The position numbers and the translations under genes were made by a program. DNA of 63,873 bases, counting the filler, from Caldilineae bacterium (GTDB lineage Bacteria > Chloroflexota > Anaerolineae > DTLA01), in the NCBI GenBank assembly GCA_037446815.1. It is 5 parts of 5 records of this genome, joined end to end, with 100 filler letters (N's around TTAATTAATTAA, not from the genome) between each part and the next. Parts side by side here need not be neighbours in the genome. Positions count along the whole stretch, not along the records: positions 27,967 to 41,687 come from JBBIHX010000068.1; 4 more parts are not named here. The stretch is one strand, 5' to 3'. The notes beneath the pieces are model-generated. The model was not told where the DNA came from, ran no database searches, and saw only the letters and a program-made list of their open reading frames with translations. Below are positions 28,056 to 38,050 of this stretch, piece after piece (position 1 is the stretch's first letter; every line of letters begins with the position of its first letter).

Positions 28056-29315
28056 ATGGAGGCGGGCATTCTCACCCTGGACGACTTCAAGTTTGCGGGC
28101 AAGACGGTCATCCTGCGGGTTGACATAAACTCGCCCATAGATGCGCAAACCAAGCGCATCAGCAACGACAACCGCATCCGCAAGAGCGTGCCGACGATTC
28201 GCGAACTGGCAGAAGCGGGTGCGCGCATCGTCATGCTGGCCCACCAGGGCGACACCGAGGACTATCAGAACCTCATCTCGCTGGAGGAACACGCGGAGCG
28301 GCTGACCGCATTGCTGGGGCGGCCCGTCGGGTTCATAGACGACATCGTGGGGCCTGCGGCGCTGGAACGGGTGAGGGCGCTGCGCGAAGGGGAAATTCTC
28401 CTGCTGAACAACGTGCGCTACCTGACCGAGGAGGTCTCCACGTTCGTCAACTTCGTGAAACTCACGCCGCAGCAGTTGGCGCAGACCTGGCTTGTGCGAA
28501 AACTGGCGCCGCTGGCCGACTACTACGTGTGCGAGGCGTTTGCGGCGGCGCATCGTTACTCGCCCTCGTTGGTGGGGTTCGCGGAGGTTCTGCCCGCTGC
28601 GGGCGGGCGATTGTTTATAGAAGAGTTCGGCGCGCTGGCCCGCGTGAAGGAAACGCCCAAGCACCCGTGCGTGTACGTGCTGGGGGGCGCCCGCATCGCC
28701 GACGCCTTCAGCATGATGAAGCAAGTTCTCTCGGAGGGCGCGGCGGACGTGGTGCTCACGTCGGGCCTGACAGGCGAGGTGATGACGCTGGCCAAAGGGT
28801 ACCGGCTGGGTGAACCCACGGAGCGCCTGATTGAGGACAAAGGGCTGTCAGGGTTTGTCGCTGCGGCACGGGAGTTGCTGGCGACCTTCGGCGACAGAAT
28901 CCAGAGCCCGGTGGACTTCGCCATTGACGACGGGGGGCGCAGAGAAATCCGCCTGGATGACCTTCCCGTGCCCCATCTGCTGGTGGACATCGGGGAGGAG
29001 ACGATTGCCCGGTACACGCAGGTGATTCAGGGCGCGGCGACCATCTTCGTCAACGGGCCTGCGGGCGTGTACGAGAAGCCGGTGAGCGCGAAGGGCACCG
29101 AGCGGCTGTGGAACGCCATCGCCGACGCGCCCGGGTATTCTGTCATCGGCGGGGGCGATAGCGTCGCGGCGGGCGCCAAGTTCGGCGTGTTGGAGCGGAT
29201 GGGCTACGTGTGCACGTCGGGCGGCGGCATGGTGCGCTTCCTGTCGGGCCAGGAGTTGCCGGTGGTTACGGCGCTGCGGCGCGCCGCGCAGCGGTATCTG
29301 GAGAAAACTGCATGA
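28056..29315 (+). CDS. pgk: Phosphoglycerate kinase-family protein (archaeal-like, divergent motifs)
   Basis: RVDINSP, AHQG, AFAAAHR, NGPAGVYE, GGGDS and TSGGG motifs. Confidence 0.85.
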   Translation: MEAGILTLDDFKFAGKTVILRVDINSPIDAQTKRISNDNRIRKSVPTIRELAEAGARIVMLAHQGDTEDYQNLISLEEHAERLTALLGRPVGFIDDIVGPAALERVRALREGEILLLNNVRYLTEEVSTFVNFVKLTPQQLAQTWLVRKLAPLADYYVCEAFAAAHRYSPSLVGFAEVLPAAGGRLFIEEFGALARVKETPKHPCVYVLGGARIADAFSMMKQVLSEGAADVVLTSGLTGEVMTLAKGYRLGEPTERLIEDKGLSGFVAAARELLATFGDRIQSPVDFAIDDGGRREIRLDDLPVPHLLVDIGEETIARYTQVIQGAATIFVNGPAGVYEKPVSAKGTERLWNAIADAPGYSVIGGGDSVAAGAKFGVLERMGYVCTSGGGMVRFLSGQELPVVTALRRAAQRYLEKTA

Positions 29316-30577
29316 GCGACAGGACGGTGATCGCGCTCCCATTCGGGCGGGGGAGCGTATCGGCGCAGATTCCCCCGGGGAACCTGCTCGGCATCTTCCC
29401 GCCGCGGCCTTTGGGGACGGCGGCCGGGGACGAGGGCGAGTTGATTCGGGGCGCGCTGGCGAATCCCGTCGGCACGCCGCGCTTGCGTGATTTGGCGCGG
29501 CGCGGGCAAAAGGTGGTGATTGTCGCCAGCGACCTGACCAGGCCCTGCCCGTCCGAGCGGCTGCTGCCGCCGATCCTGGATGAACTGTCGGCTGCCGGCG
29601 TGCGCGACGAGGACGTCACCGTCGTCATCGGCCTGGGCTTGCATCGGCCGATTACCGAGGCGGAACGGATGGAGGCCGTCGGCGAGGCGGTGTTCCGGCG
29701 CGTGCGAGTCGTGAACCACGATGTCAACGATACCGTCCCGCTGGGCCGCACGTCATTCGGCACGCCGGTGGAGGTTTTCCGCGGGGTGGTGGAGGCGGAT
29801 TTTCGGCTGTGCCTGGGCAACGTGGAGTTCCACTACTTCGCGGGCTATTCGGGCGGGGCCAAGGCTATCGTGCCGGGCTGCGCGTCGGAGGCGACGGTAA
29901 CGGCGAATCACGCCATGATGGTGCGACCGGAGGCGCAGGCAGGCCGCCTGGAGGGCAATCCGGTCCGCGCTGACCTGGAAGAGGGCGCGGGCATGGTGGG
30001 CGTGGACTTCGTGCTGAACGTCGTGGTGGATGGCGAGCATCGCATCACGCAGGCGGTGGCCGGCGACGTGCGGGCGGCCCACCGCGTGGCGTGCGAGTGG
30101 GTGGCGCAGCGGGGCATGGTGCCGATTCCCAGCCTGGCCGACATCGTGCTCGTCAGCGCGGGCGGTTATCCCAAGGATGTGAACCTGTACCAGGCGCAGA
30201 AGGCGCTGGACAACGCCGCCTATGCGGTGAGGCCGGGCGGGATCATCATCCTCGTGGCCGAGTGCGCCGAGGGGTGCGGCAATCGGACGTTTGAGCAGTG
30301 GATGACGAGCGGGGACACGCCGGCGGCCCTTCTGGCACGGATTCAGGAGCGGTTTGTGCTGGGTGGGCACAAGGCGGCAGCGGTGGCGGTCGTGGCGCAG
30401 AAGGCGCAGGTTTTTCTGGTGTCGCCGAGCATGGCATCGCTGCGGCTGGTGGGCGTGGAGAATTACGACTCGCTGGACGCGGCGTTGGATGAGGCGTGGA
30501 GGCGCTTGGGCCGGGGCGCGAAGGTGCTTGTGCTGCCGGAGGGTGGCTCGGTATTGCCCCAGCCGCCGGCGGGGTAG
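29312..30577 (+). CDS. larA: Nickel-pincer-dependent lactate racemase / alpha-hydroxy-acid epimerase (LarA family)
   Basis: SDLTRP, GLHRP, HYFAGYSGGAK and NLYQAQK motifs. Confidence 0.9.
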   Translation: MSDRTVIALPFGRGSVSAQIPPGNLLGIFPPRPLGTAAGDEGELIRGALANPVGTPRLRDLARRGQKVVIVASDLTRPCPSERLLPPILDELSAAGVRDEDVTVVIGLGLHRPITEAERMEAVGEAVFRRVRVVNHDVNDTVPLGRTSFGTPVEVFRGVVEADFRLCLGNVEFHYFAGYSGGAKAIVPGCASEATVTANHAMMVRPEAQAGRLEGNPVRADLEEGAGMVGVDFVLNVVVDGEHRITQAVAGDVRAAHRVACEWVAQRGMVPIPSLADIVLVSAGGYPKDVNLYQAQKALDNAAYAVRPGGIIILVAECAEGCGNRTFEQWMTSGDTPAALLARIQERFVLGGHKAAAVAVVAQKAQVFLVSPSMASLRLVGVENYDSLDAALDEAWRRLGRGAKVLVLPEGGSVLPQPPAG

Positions 30578-30585
30578 GGGGATGC

Positions 30586-30639
30586 TTGACATACAGCGGT
30601 TCCTGTTGTATACTATGGATAATCGATTATCGATAATCC
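30586..30639 (+). promoter_or_regulatory. Sigma70 promoter with overlapping palindromic operator
   Basis: TTGACA-17-TATACT followed by GATAATCGATTATC and GATTATCGATAATC palindromes. Confidence 0.8.
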
Positions 30640-30749
30640 TTCTGCCCCCACTCCGTGTAGTCTGGCGGAATACTGTAGAAACTCGCTATGGTCATGAAAC
30701 CTGAAGGTGGTGCAGCAGCATTGGAAAGGCATCGCCGGGCGGCGGTGCT

Positions 30750-30779
30750 CGTAGGGCAGAATTGGCAATTTGCCCTACG
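30750..30779. repeat. GTAG-type REP hairpin in the 5' leader
   Basis: cgtagggcagaattggcaatttgccctacg. Confidence 0.6.
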
Positions 30780-31037
30780 GGAGTGCGCCGGACATGGGCT
30801 TTCGTCGGCAGTACTGTTGGGGCCATCGCGGCACGACACATCGGGCGCGTTCCCTCTCCTGATACGCTGACATGAAGATGTGAGTGCTCTGCTGGAGGAG
30901 CGAAATTCAACAGAAACCGCCGTTGCGCTTCGTTCTCGCCGGGGCGCAGCGGAACCGATAGCGTTTACAGGCCAATGGCGCAGCGGGGACAGCGAGAGTC
31001 TCTCCGCCAGAAAATCCAAAAACAAGGAGGTTACAGG

Positions 31038-32747
31038 ATGGGCGACTCCAACAAGGTGCTGGCAACGTTCTTCGGCGACAAGGATTTCCCCGTGCAGTGG
31101 GCAAGCGAGGAGGAAAAGCAACTTTTCTGGTTCTACGATGACACCCATTGCCCCTATCCCATCTCCCCCATGTACTTCTCCATCGGCGGGTGGTGGGGGC
31201 CAACCTGCGAGTACATGTACCGTCGCTTTGGCGCGCCCTTCGGCAAGGGCTGGATCGGCAAGAAGATCAACGGGTACGTGTACAGCGCTATCGTGCCGCG
31301 CGACCCCGACGAGGCCGCCAAGATCGCGCCGTACTACGTGATGGTGATGTCGACCTACGCGCAGGAGTTCACCAAGTGGTGGGAGGAGCGGTATCTGCCC
31401 GAAGTCAAGCGCAACTTTGAGTACCTGGACAACTTCCCCACCGAGACGGCAACGCTGCCGGAATTGATGATCTTCCTGGAAGAGGCGCTGGATATCCAGG
31501 AGCGGCACTTCCGCCTGCACTGGATTCTGAACCTGGCGCAGTTCCAGGCGTCGCTGAATTTCCAGGCCGCGGTGGGTGAGGTCATCGGCCAGGTGGACCC
31601 CGCCCTGATGGGCCGCATTCTCATCTCGGTCAAGGACCGCAACTGGGACTCCATTGAAAGCCTCTGGCGGCTGAAGGAGAAGGTCAAGGCGGATGCGGAT
31701 CTCAAGGTGGCCTTCCAGAAGGGCGAGACCGCGGCGGCGATCATCCCGTTGCTGGAGAAGACGGCAAAGGGCAAGGCGTTCCTGGAGAATGTCCACAAGT
31801 GGGCCAAAGAGTACGGCGTCAAGCCCCTGCATACCCACGAGTACATCAACAAACTGTGGGTAGAGGACATCACGCCGGTGGTGGAGACCATCAACGGCTA
31901 TCTGGCGACCGACTACGACTTTCCGTCGGCGTACAAGGCCATCGTGGATGACCAGGCGAAGGCAATGGATGAACTGCGCGCCCTGATTCCGGCCACGGCT
32001 ACGAAAGAGCAGCGCGAGAAGGTAGAGAACGCCATGGCGCTGGCGGTCAAGATGATGCCGTTGACGCCGGACCACCACTTCTACTTTGACCAGGGCACGT
32101 ATGGACGCATGCGCCTGGTGTTCCTGGCCATCGGGCGGCACCTCAAGAAGATCGGCCTGCTGGACGATCCGGAGGACATCTTCTACCTGGAGTACGAGCA
32201 ACTGCGCTGGTACGTGGCGAACCCGAAGACCGAGAGCAACCCGAACGGGTTTGACGGGAAGGCGGTCATCAAGCAGAACCGCCGCGCCCGCGAGGAGGCG
32301 TGGAAGGTGCGCCCGCGCGACTGGGTCGGCACGGCAACGCAGTGGTCCATGTACGAGGAGCCGTATCACACCCTGTGGGGGTGGCCGCAGAAGTTTGAGC
32401 GCGAGAAGGAGGCCGCCGCTCCCAAGGGCGTTGTCAAGGGGTTGGCGGCTGCTGCCGGCGTGGCCGAGGGCACGGCGCGCATCGTGATGGGGCCTGAAGA
32501 CTTTGACAAGGTCAAGAAGGGCGAGATCATGGTGTGCGTCATGACGAACCCGGCCTGGGTGGTGGTCTTCACGAAGATCGCGGCGGTGGTCTGCGACGCG
32601 GGCGGCGTGCTGGCGCACCCGGCGGTGGTGGCGCGCGAGTTCGGCATCCCGGCGGTGGTCGGCACGTCCGTGGGCACGCGCACCATCAAGACGGGCGATC
32701 GCATCCGCGTGAACGGCAACACGGGCGTGGTGGAGATTCTCGGCTAG
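31038..32747 (+). CDS. PEP-utilising enzyme: substrate domain plus phospho-His swivel domain, no ATP-grasp
   Basis: C-terminal MTNPAW...GGVLAHPAVVAREFGIPAVVG; AAGGAGG RBS. Confidence 0.88.
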   Translation: MGDSNKVLATFFGDKDFPVQWASEEEKQLFWFYDDTHCPYPISPMYFSIGGWWGPTCEYMYRRFGAPFGKGWIGKKINGYVYSAIVPRDPDEAAKIAPYYVMVMSTYAQEFTKWWEERYLPEVKRNFEYLDNFPTETATLPELMIFLEEALDIQERHFRLHWILNLAQFQASLNFQAAVGEVIGQVDPALMGRILISVKDRNWDSIESLWRLKEKVKADADLKVAFQKGETAAAIIPLLEKTAKGKAFLENVHKWAKEYGVKPLHTHEYINKLWVEDITPVVETINGYLATDYDFPSAYKAIVDDQAKAMDELRALIPATATKEQREKVENAMALAVKMMPLTPDHHFYFDQGTYGRMRLVFLAIGRHLKKIGLLDDPEDIFYLEYEQLRWYVANPKTESNPNGFDGKAVIKQNRRAREEAWKVRPRDWVGTATQWSMYEEPYHTLWGWPQKFEREKEAAAPKGVVKGLAAAAGVAEGTARIVMGPEDFDKVKKGEIMVCVMTNPAWVVVFTKIAAVVCDAGGVLAHPAVVAREFGIPAVVGTSVGTRTIKTGDRIRVNGNTGVVEILG

Positions 32748-32860
32748 GCCCGCTGTTCCCGGCCTGGCTCGGCCGGAGAGGTGGCGGGTCTGGGGCGCGG
32801 CTCCAGGCCCGCCGCTTTGTCCTGGGCAGGTATACCCTGGGGTTGGAGGTTATGGACTAG

Positions 32861-34747
32861 ATGGAACGGTTGAAAGGCGGCTACAGTGGCGTGGCGCTGT
32901 GGCTGGATCTGACGGCAGGGGTTGTGCGCAAGGAACCCCTGGACGAAGCCCTTGCCCTGAACTACATCGGCGGGCGCGGTTTCACGTCGCGTCTGCAGTA
33001 TGACTTGATTGAGCCGGTGGTGGATCCGCTGGGGCCGGACAATGTGCTGATCATTGCGCCAGGCGTGCTCACGGGCACGACGGCGCCCTCGTCGGGGCGA
33101 TTCACCATCGGGGGGCGGTCCCCGCTCACAGGAATCCTGGGCGATGCCAATTCGGGCGGGATGTGGGGGGCGGTGCTGCGTCGGGCCGGCTACGACATGA
33201 TCGTGGTTCGCGGGCAGTCGCCGCGGCCTGTTTACCTGTGGATTGACAACGACCGCGTGGAACTGCGGGATGCTCAGCATCTTTGGGGCAAGGATACGCA
33301 CGAAGCCGAGCAACTCATCCGCGAGGAGATGGGCAAGACGGCGAGCGTGGCGTGCATCGGACAGGCGGGCGAGAACCTGGTGAAATTGGCCGGGTTCATC
33401 GCCGATGGCGAGCACGCGGCGGCGCGCACGGGGCTTGGGGCGGTCCTCGGCTCCAAGCGGCTCAAGGCCATCGCCGTGCGGGGGACGAGGGGTGTGCCGC
33501 TCCACGACCCGGCGCGATTCAAGGAATTGTCCGATGAACTGACCGAGTTGCTCAAGCAGGACAAGCGGAGCGGGGTGGAACTGCCCACGTATGGCACAAC
33601 GGCGCTTCTGCGGCATCACATGGCGTTGGGCGGGCTGAACACGCGCAATTTCCAATCGGGCGTCTTTGAGGGCGCCGATGAGATTGACGGGGACGCGCTG
33701 AACGCGCGCTACCTGGTGCGCCCCACGGCCTGCTACCGCTGCCCGTGCAAGTGCGACCGCTACAGCGAGGTGCGCGAAGGCGAGTTCGCGGGGGTGGCCG
33801 TGGGCGGGCCGGAGTACAGCACGCTGGTGGCCTTCGGCTCGGCGGTGGGGAATAGCAACCTGGCTGCCATCCTGAAGGCCAATGACATGTGCAATCGCTA
33901 TGGCCTGGACACGATTGAAACGGGCAATCTCATCGCCTTTGCCATGGAACTGTACCAGCGCGGCATCCTGACGCGGGAGCAGGCCGACGGGCTGGACCTG
34001 ACCTGGGGCAACTACCACGCCGTTCTGGAGATGATAGACCGCATCGCGTTTCGGCAGGGGTTGGGCGACCTGTTGGCGGAGGGGATTGCCCAGGCGGCGC
34101 AGGAAATCGGCCACGGGGCCGAGCGGTACGCGGTGCACGTGAAGGGGATGACGCCGCCGCCGTTGGATCCGCGCTCGGTGAAAGTGTACAACTTCCGCTA
34201 TGCCGTCGCGTCGCGGGGAGCGGACCACCTGCGCATCTCCGCGCCAGGGGCTTACGGCCTGGACGCGCTGCCGCCGGATGAGGCCGCTGCCAAGTTGAAA
34301 CTCTGGGAGAGCATCGTTACCATCCCGGACCTGATGGGCGTGTGCAAGTTCCCGTACTCCTACTACGCCGAGACGCCCGATTTGACGCTGCGAAAGATGT
34401 TGCATATCGTACCGGGCCTGTATTCGGCGGCGACGGGCCTGGAGGTAACGGGCGATGACCTGCTCCGTGTCGCCGAGCGCGTCGCCAATGTGGAGCGCGC
34501 CCACAACGCGCGACTGGGCATCGGCGCGAAGGATGACACGCTGCCGCCGCGCTTCACGGAAGACGCGATGCCGGAAGGCCCGGCGGAGGGCAGGGTGTAC
34601 GACATCTTGGACGCGCTCAAGCCGGCGTGGTATCGGGCGCATGGCTGGGATGTGGAGACCGGGCTCCCGACGCGAGCCACGCTGGAGGCGCTGGGCCTGG
34701 CCGACATTGCCCAGGACTTGGAGCAACGCGGCATCCTGCCCGCGTGA
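32861..34747 (+). CDS. aor: Aldehyde:ferredoxin oxidoreductase (AOR family, W/Mo)
   Basis: YIGGRG, GLGAVLGSKRLKA, CYRCPCKC, NRYGLDTI, RGADH and GVCKF motifs. Confidence 0.92.
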   Translation: MERLKGGYSGVALWLDLTAGVVRKEPLDEALALNYIGGRGFTSRLQYDLIEPVVDPLGPDNVLIIAPGVLTGTTAPSSGRFTIGGRSPLTGILGDANSGGMWGAVLRRAGYDMIVVRGQSPRPVYLWIDNDRVELRDAQHLWGKDTHEAEQLIREEMGKTASVACIGQAGENLVKLAGFIADGEHAAARTGLGAVLGSKRLKAIAVRGTRGVPLHDPARFKELSDELTELLKQDKRSGVELPTYGTTALLRHHMALGGLNTRNFQSGVFEGADEIDGDALNARYLVRPTACYRCPCKCDRYSEVREGEFAGVAVGGPEYSTLVAFGSAVGNSNLAAILKANDMCNRYGLDTIETGNLIAFAMELYQRGILTREQADGLDLTWGNYHAVLEMIDRIAFRQGLGDLLAEGIAQAAQEIGHGAERYAVHVKGMTPPPLDPRSVKVYNFRYAVASRGADHLRISAPGAYGLDALPPDEAAAKLKLWESIVTIPDLMGVCKFPYSYYAETPDLTLRKMLHIVPGLYSAATGLEVTGDDLLRVAERVANVERAHNARLGIGAKDDTLPPRFTEDAMPEGPAEGRVYDILDALKPAWYRAHGWDVETGLPTRATLEALGLADIAQDLEQRGILPA

Positions 34748-34786
34748 ACGGCGCGGGTACGGCCGAACGAATCGTCTGGAGGAGAT

Positions 34787-35506
34787 ATGACAAGGCTCAT
34801 TGATCTCAGCATGGAAGTCAGCAAGGATATGGTTGTGTTCCCCAGGGTTGCGCCGCCTATCATGGCGATGCTGGAGAGTTGGGAGGAGTTCGCGACGAAC
34901 ATCGGCGCGGCGAAATATGGCGCGACCTGGCTCACGGCCCACTACGTCGTTGTCCTGGGCGATCATGTGGGCACGCACGTGGATTCGCTGCGCCACATGC
35001 GGAACGACGCCCCGGGCCCGGACGGCATCCCGCTGGAGTACTGCTACGGCGACGGCGTGGTGCTGGACTTCAGCGACAAGCCGGTGGGATACGGCATCAC
35101 GCCCGCGGACTGCGAGGCCGAACTGAAGCGCATCGGGTATCGCCTGAAGCCGCTGGACATCGTGCTGGTGAAGACGGGTGCGTCGCGGTACAATACCGAG
35201 CAACGCTACCTGACCGACCACTGCGGCATGACGGGCGAGTCCACCGAGTGGCTGCTGGACCAGGGCATCAAGATGGTGGGGATTGACGCGCCGACATGGG
35301 ATCGCCCGGTCAAGTCCATGTTTGAGACGAAGGAGTTCTGGCCGGGGCACCTGGTCATGATGCGCCGCGAGTACTACCACCTAGAGAATCTGGCGAACCT
35401 GGACGCCATCCCGCGTCCGTTTGGGTTCAAGGTGTCGGTGTTCCCCATTAAGTGGAAGGGCACGACGGCCGCACCGGTGCGCGCCGTGGCGATTCTGGAC
35501 GAGTAG
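34787..35506 (+). CDS. Cyclase-family metallohydrolase (kynurenine formamidase-like)
   Basis: HVGTHVD, VGIDAP, HLENL and APVRAVA motifs. Confidence 0.9.
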   Translation: MTRLIDLSMEVSKDMVVFPRVAPPIMAMLESWEEFATNIGAAKYGATWLTAHYVVVLGDHVGTHVDSLRHMRNDAPGPDGIPLEYCYGDGVVLDFSDKPVGYGITPADCEAELKRIGYRLKPLDIVLVKTGASRYNTEQRYLTDHCGMTGESTEWLLDQGIKMVGIDAPTWDRPVKSMFETKEFWPGHLVMMRREYYHLENLANLDAIPRPFGFKVSVFPIKWKGTTAAPVRAVAILDE

Positions 35507-35583
35507 GCTGCATCCGCACATTCGGGGCGCAGGGGAATGGTCTTCGTTCCGTTGCGCCCTTTTTCGGGCGATGGGAGGCGCGA

Positions 35584-36801
35584 ATGCCCAGGTACGTGGC
35601 GATTCTGGCGTCTCTAGACACCAAGAGTGAGGAAGCCGCCTTCCTGCGCGAAGTGGTGGAGGCCGAGGGCGCGCAGCCGCTCGTCGTGGATACGGGCGTC
35701 CTGGGACGGCCCGGCATTCCGGCGGATGTGGCGCGGGAAGAAGTGGCGCGCGCCGCAGGCACGACGCTGGACGAAATTATCCGCCGCGGCGACAAATCCC
35801 ATGCGCTGGTCGCCATGGCGGAGGGCGCGGGCCGCATTTTGCTGCGCCTGCTGGCGGAGGGGCAGTTGGGCGGCGTTCTGTCCGTCGGCGGGTCGCGCGG
35901 CACGGCGCTGGGTACCCGCGTGATGCAGGCGCTGCCGGTTGGCATCCCGAAACTGATGGTGTCCACCATGGCGAGCGGGCCGAATCCGTTTGGGCCCTAC
36001 GTCGGCACCAAGGACGTTACGCTCATGCATTCGGTGGCCGACATCAGCGGGGTGAATTCGGTAACGCGGCCGATCTTCGCCAACGCGGCACGGGCCATTG
36101 CCGCCATGAGCAAGGCCGGCGCTCCCGTCGCCAAAGGCAAGCCCCGCGTTCTGGCGGCGACGATGCTCGGCGCGTCCACCGCTCTCGTGGAGCAGATTCG
36201 GCGGGCGATGACGACGCCGCAGTGTGAAGTCATCGCGTTTCACGCGGTGGGCACAGGCGGTCGGGCCATGGAGGAACTCGTGGCGCAGGGCCTCATGGAT
36301 GGCGTGTTTGACGTCAGCCCGACGGAACTCCTGGCGCACCTTGTCGGCGGGCCGTTCAGCGCGGGCCCGGACCGCATGCGCGCCGCGGGCGAGCGGGGCA
36401 TTCCGCAGGTGGTGGCGCCGGGCGCGCTGGACTTCATCATTGAGGGGCCGCCCGAGTCGCTCCCAAGCCGCTACGCGGGCCGCAAGACGATGCGCCATAC
36501 GCCCACCATCACCCTGGTGCGCTCGTCGCCCGATGAGATGCGCGCCGTGGCGCGGCTTATCGCCGAACGGCTGGCCGCGTCGCGCGGGCCTGCGGCGATT
36601 GTCATCCCCCTGCGGGGGTTCAGCGCCTTCTCCACCGAAGGGCAGCCTCTGCACGATGCGGAATCGGACCGAGCCTTTGTGGACGCCATTCGGAATCGCG
36701 CGCCGGCCCGGGTTGAGGTCGTGGAAGTGGACGCGGCGCTGAATGACCCGCTCGTCGCGGAAACTGCGGTGCGCTTGATGCGGGATATGGGCTGCGTGTA
36801 G
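35584..36801 (+). CDS. UPF0261 / Tm-1-like ATP-binding domain protein, paralog 1
   Basis: SLDTKSEE, LPVGIPKLMVST, HSVADISG and FHAVGTGG motifs. Confidence 0.9.
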   Translation: MPRYVAILASLDTKSEEAAFLREVVEAEGAQPLVVDTGVLGRPGIPADVAREEVARAAGTTLDEIIRRGDKSHALVAMAEGAGRILLRLLAEGQLGGVLSVGGSRGTALGTRVMQALPVGIPKLMVSTMASGPNPFGPYVGTKDVTLMHSVADISGVNSVTRPIFANAARAIAAMSKAGAPVAKGKPRVLAATMLGASTALVEQIRRAMTTPQCEVIAFHAVGTGGRAMEELVAQGLMDGVFDVSPTELLAHLVGGPFSAGPDRMRAAGERGIPQVVAPGALDFIIEGPPESLPSRYAGRKTMRHTPTITLVRSSPDEMRAVARLIAERLAASRGPAAIVIPLRGFSAFSTEGQPLHDAESDRAFVDAIRNRAPARVEVVEVDAALNDPLVAETAVRLMRDMGCV

Positions 36802-36830
36802 CCCGTTGAGTGCTCTTCGGGAGGGCGCGC

Positions 36831-38048
36831 ATGGCAAAGAAGATTGCGATCATCGGCACTCTGGATACCAAAGGCCCAGAGGTGGCCTACATTCGCGACC
36901 TCATTCGCGCCCGCGGGCGGGATACGATTGTGATAGACCCGGGCGTGTTGGGCCGACCGACGATTGCGGCGGACGTTTCGCGGGAGGAGGTGGCGCGGGC
37001 GGGAGGCGCGGACTTGGCGTCGCTCATCGCCGCGGGCGACAAGGGCCGCGCCATGCAGGTCATGATAGAGGGGACGACGACGATTCTGGCGCGGCTGTAC
37101 GCGGAGGGCGAGGTGGGCGGGGCCATCGCCGTCGGGGGCGGGCAAGGGACTGCCATCGGCGCCACGGCCATGCAGGCATTGCCCATTGGCGTTCCCAAGG
37201 TCATGGTGTCCACCATCGCCAGCGGGCGCAACGTGTTTGAGCCCTATGTGGGGACGACGGACATGACGCTGATGCATTCGGTGGCCGACATCCTGGGCGT
37301 CAACGCCGTAACGCGGCGGGTCTTCGGCAATGCCGCGGCGGCGGTGGTGGCCATGGCCGATGCGAACGAGGCCGTGCAAGACTCGGGCAAGGTCGCCATC
37401 GGCGTTACGATGCTAGGCTTGACGACGCCATGCGTTCTACGGGCCAAGGAGCGCCTAGAGGCGTGGGGCTACGAAATCGTCGGGTTCCACGCCAACGGGA
37501 CAGGCGGGCGCTGCCTGGAGCGGCTGGTGCGCGAGGGGCTCATCCAGGGCGTGATGGACATCAGTACGCAGGAACTGACGGGGCACGTGTGTCGGGGGCT
37601 GTTTGACGCCGGCCCGGAGCGGATGACCGCTGCGGCGGAGTTGGGGTTGCCGCTGGTGGCGACGCCGGCGGGCACCGACTACATCGTGCTGGGCCCGTTG
37701 TCCTCGCTGTCCGAGGAGCACAAGAAGCGCCCGCTGATTGTCCACAACCCGAACATCACCCTGGTGCGGACGGCGCGGGACGAGATGGCGGAGGTGGGGC
37801 GACTGATGGCGCGGCGGCTCAACGCGGCGAAGGGGCGGGCGGCCGTCCTCATCCCAATGGGTGGGTTCAGTTTCTCCGATAGGCCCGGCCATGCGTTCTA
37901 TGACCCTGACGCCGACGCCGCGCTGGTGGAGGCGTTGGAAGCCGAACTCAATCCGCGGGTGGAACTGCGTAAGATTGGCGCGCATGTCAACGACGAGACC
38001 TTTGCGGATGCTGTGGCCGAGAAGATGCAGGCGTTCATGGAGGGGTAG
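36831..38048 (+). CDS. UPF0261 / Tm-1-like ATP-binding domain protein, paralog 2
   Basis: GTLDTKGPE, LPIGVPKVMVST, FHANGTGG and HNPNITLVRT motifs. Confidence 0.9.
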   Translation: MAKKIAIIGTLDTKGPEVAYIRDLIRARGRDTIVIDPGVLGRPTIAADVSREEVARAGGADLASLIAAGDKGRAMQVMIEGTTTILARLYAEGEVGGAIAVGGGQGTAIGATAMQALPIGVPKVMVSTIASGRNVFEPYVGTTDMTLMHSVADILGVNAVTRRVFGNAAAAVVAMADANEAVQDSGKVAIGVTMLGLTTPCVLRAKERLEAWGYEIVGFHANGTGGRCLERLVREGLIQGVMDISTQELTGHVCRGLFDAGPERMTAAAELGLPLVATPAGTDYIVLGPLSSLSEEHKKRPLIVHNPNITLVRTARDEMAEVGRLMARRLNAAKGRAAVLIPMGGFSFSDRPGHAFYDPDADAALVEALEAELNPRVELRKIGAHVNDETFADAVAEKMQAFMEG

Positions 38049-38050
38049 GG

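Noticed and set aside
30640..31037. Known riboswitch in the long leader
   Set aside because: No recognisable TPP, cobalamin, SAM, Moco or T-box consensus by eye; an Infernal search is needed.
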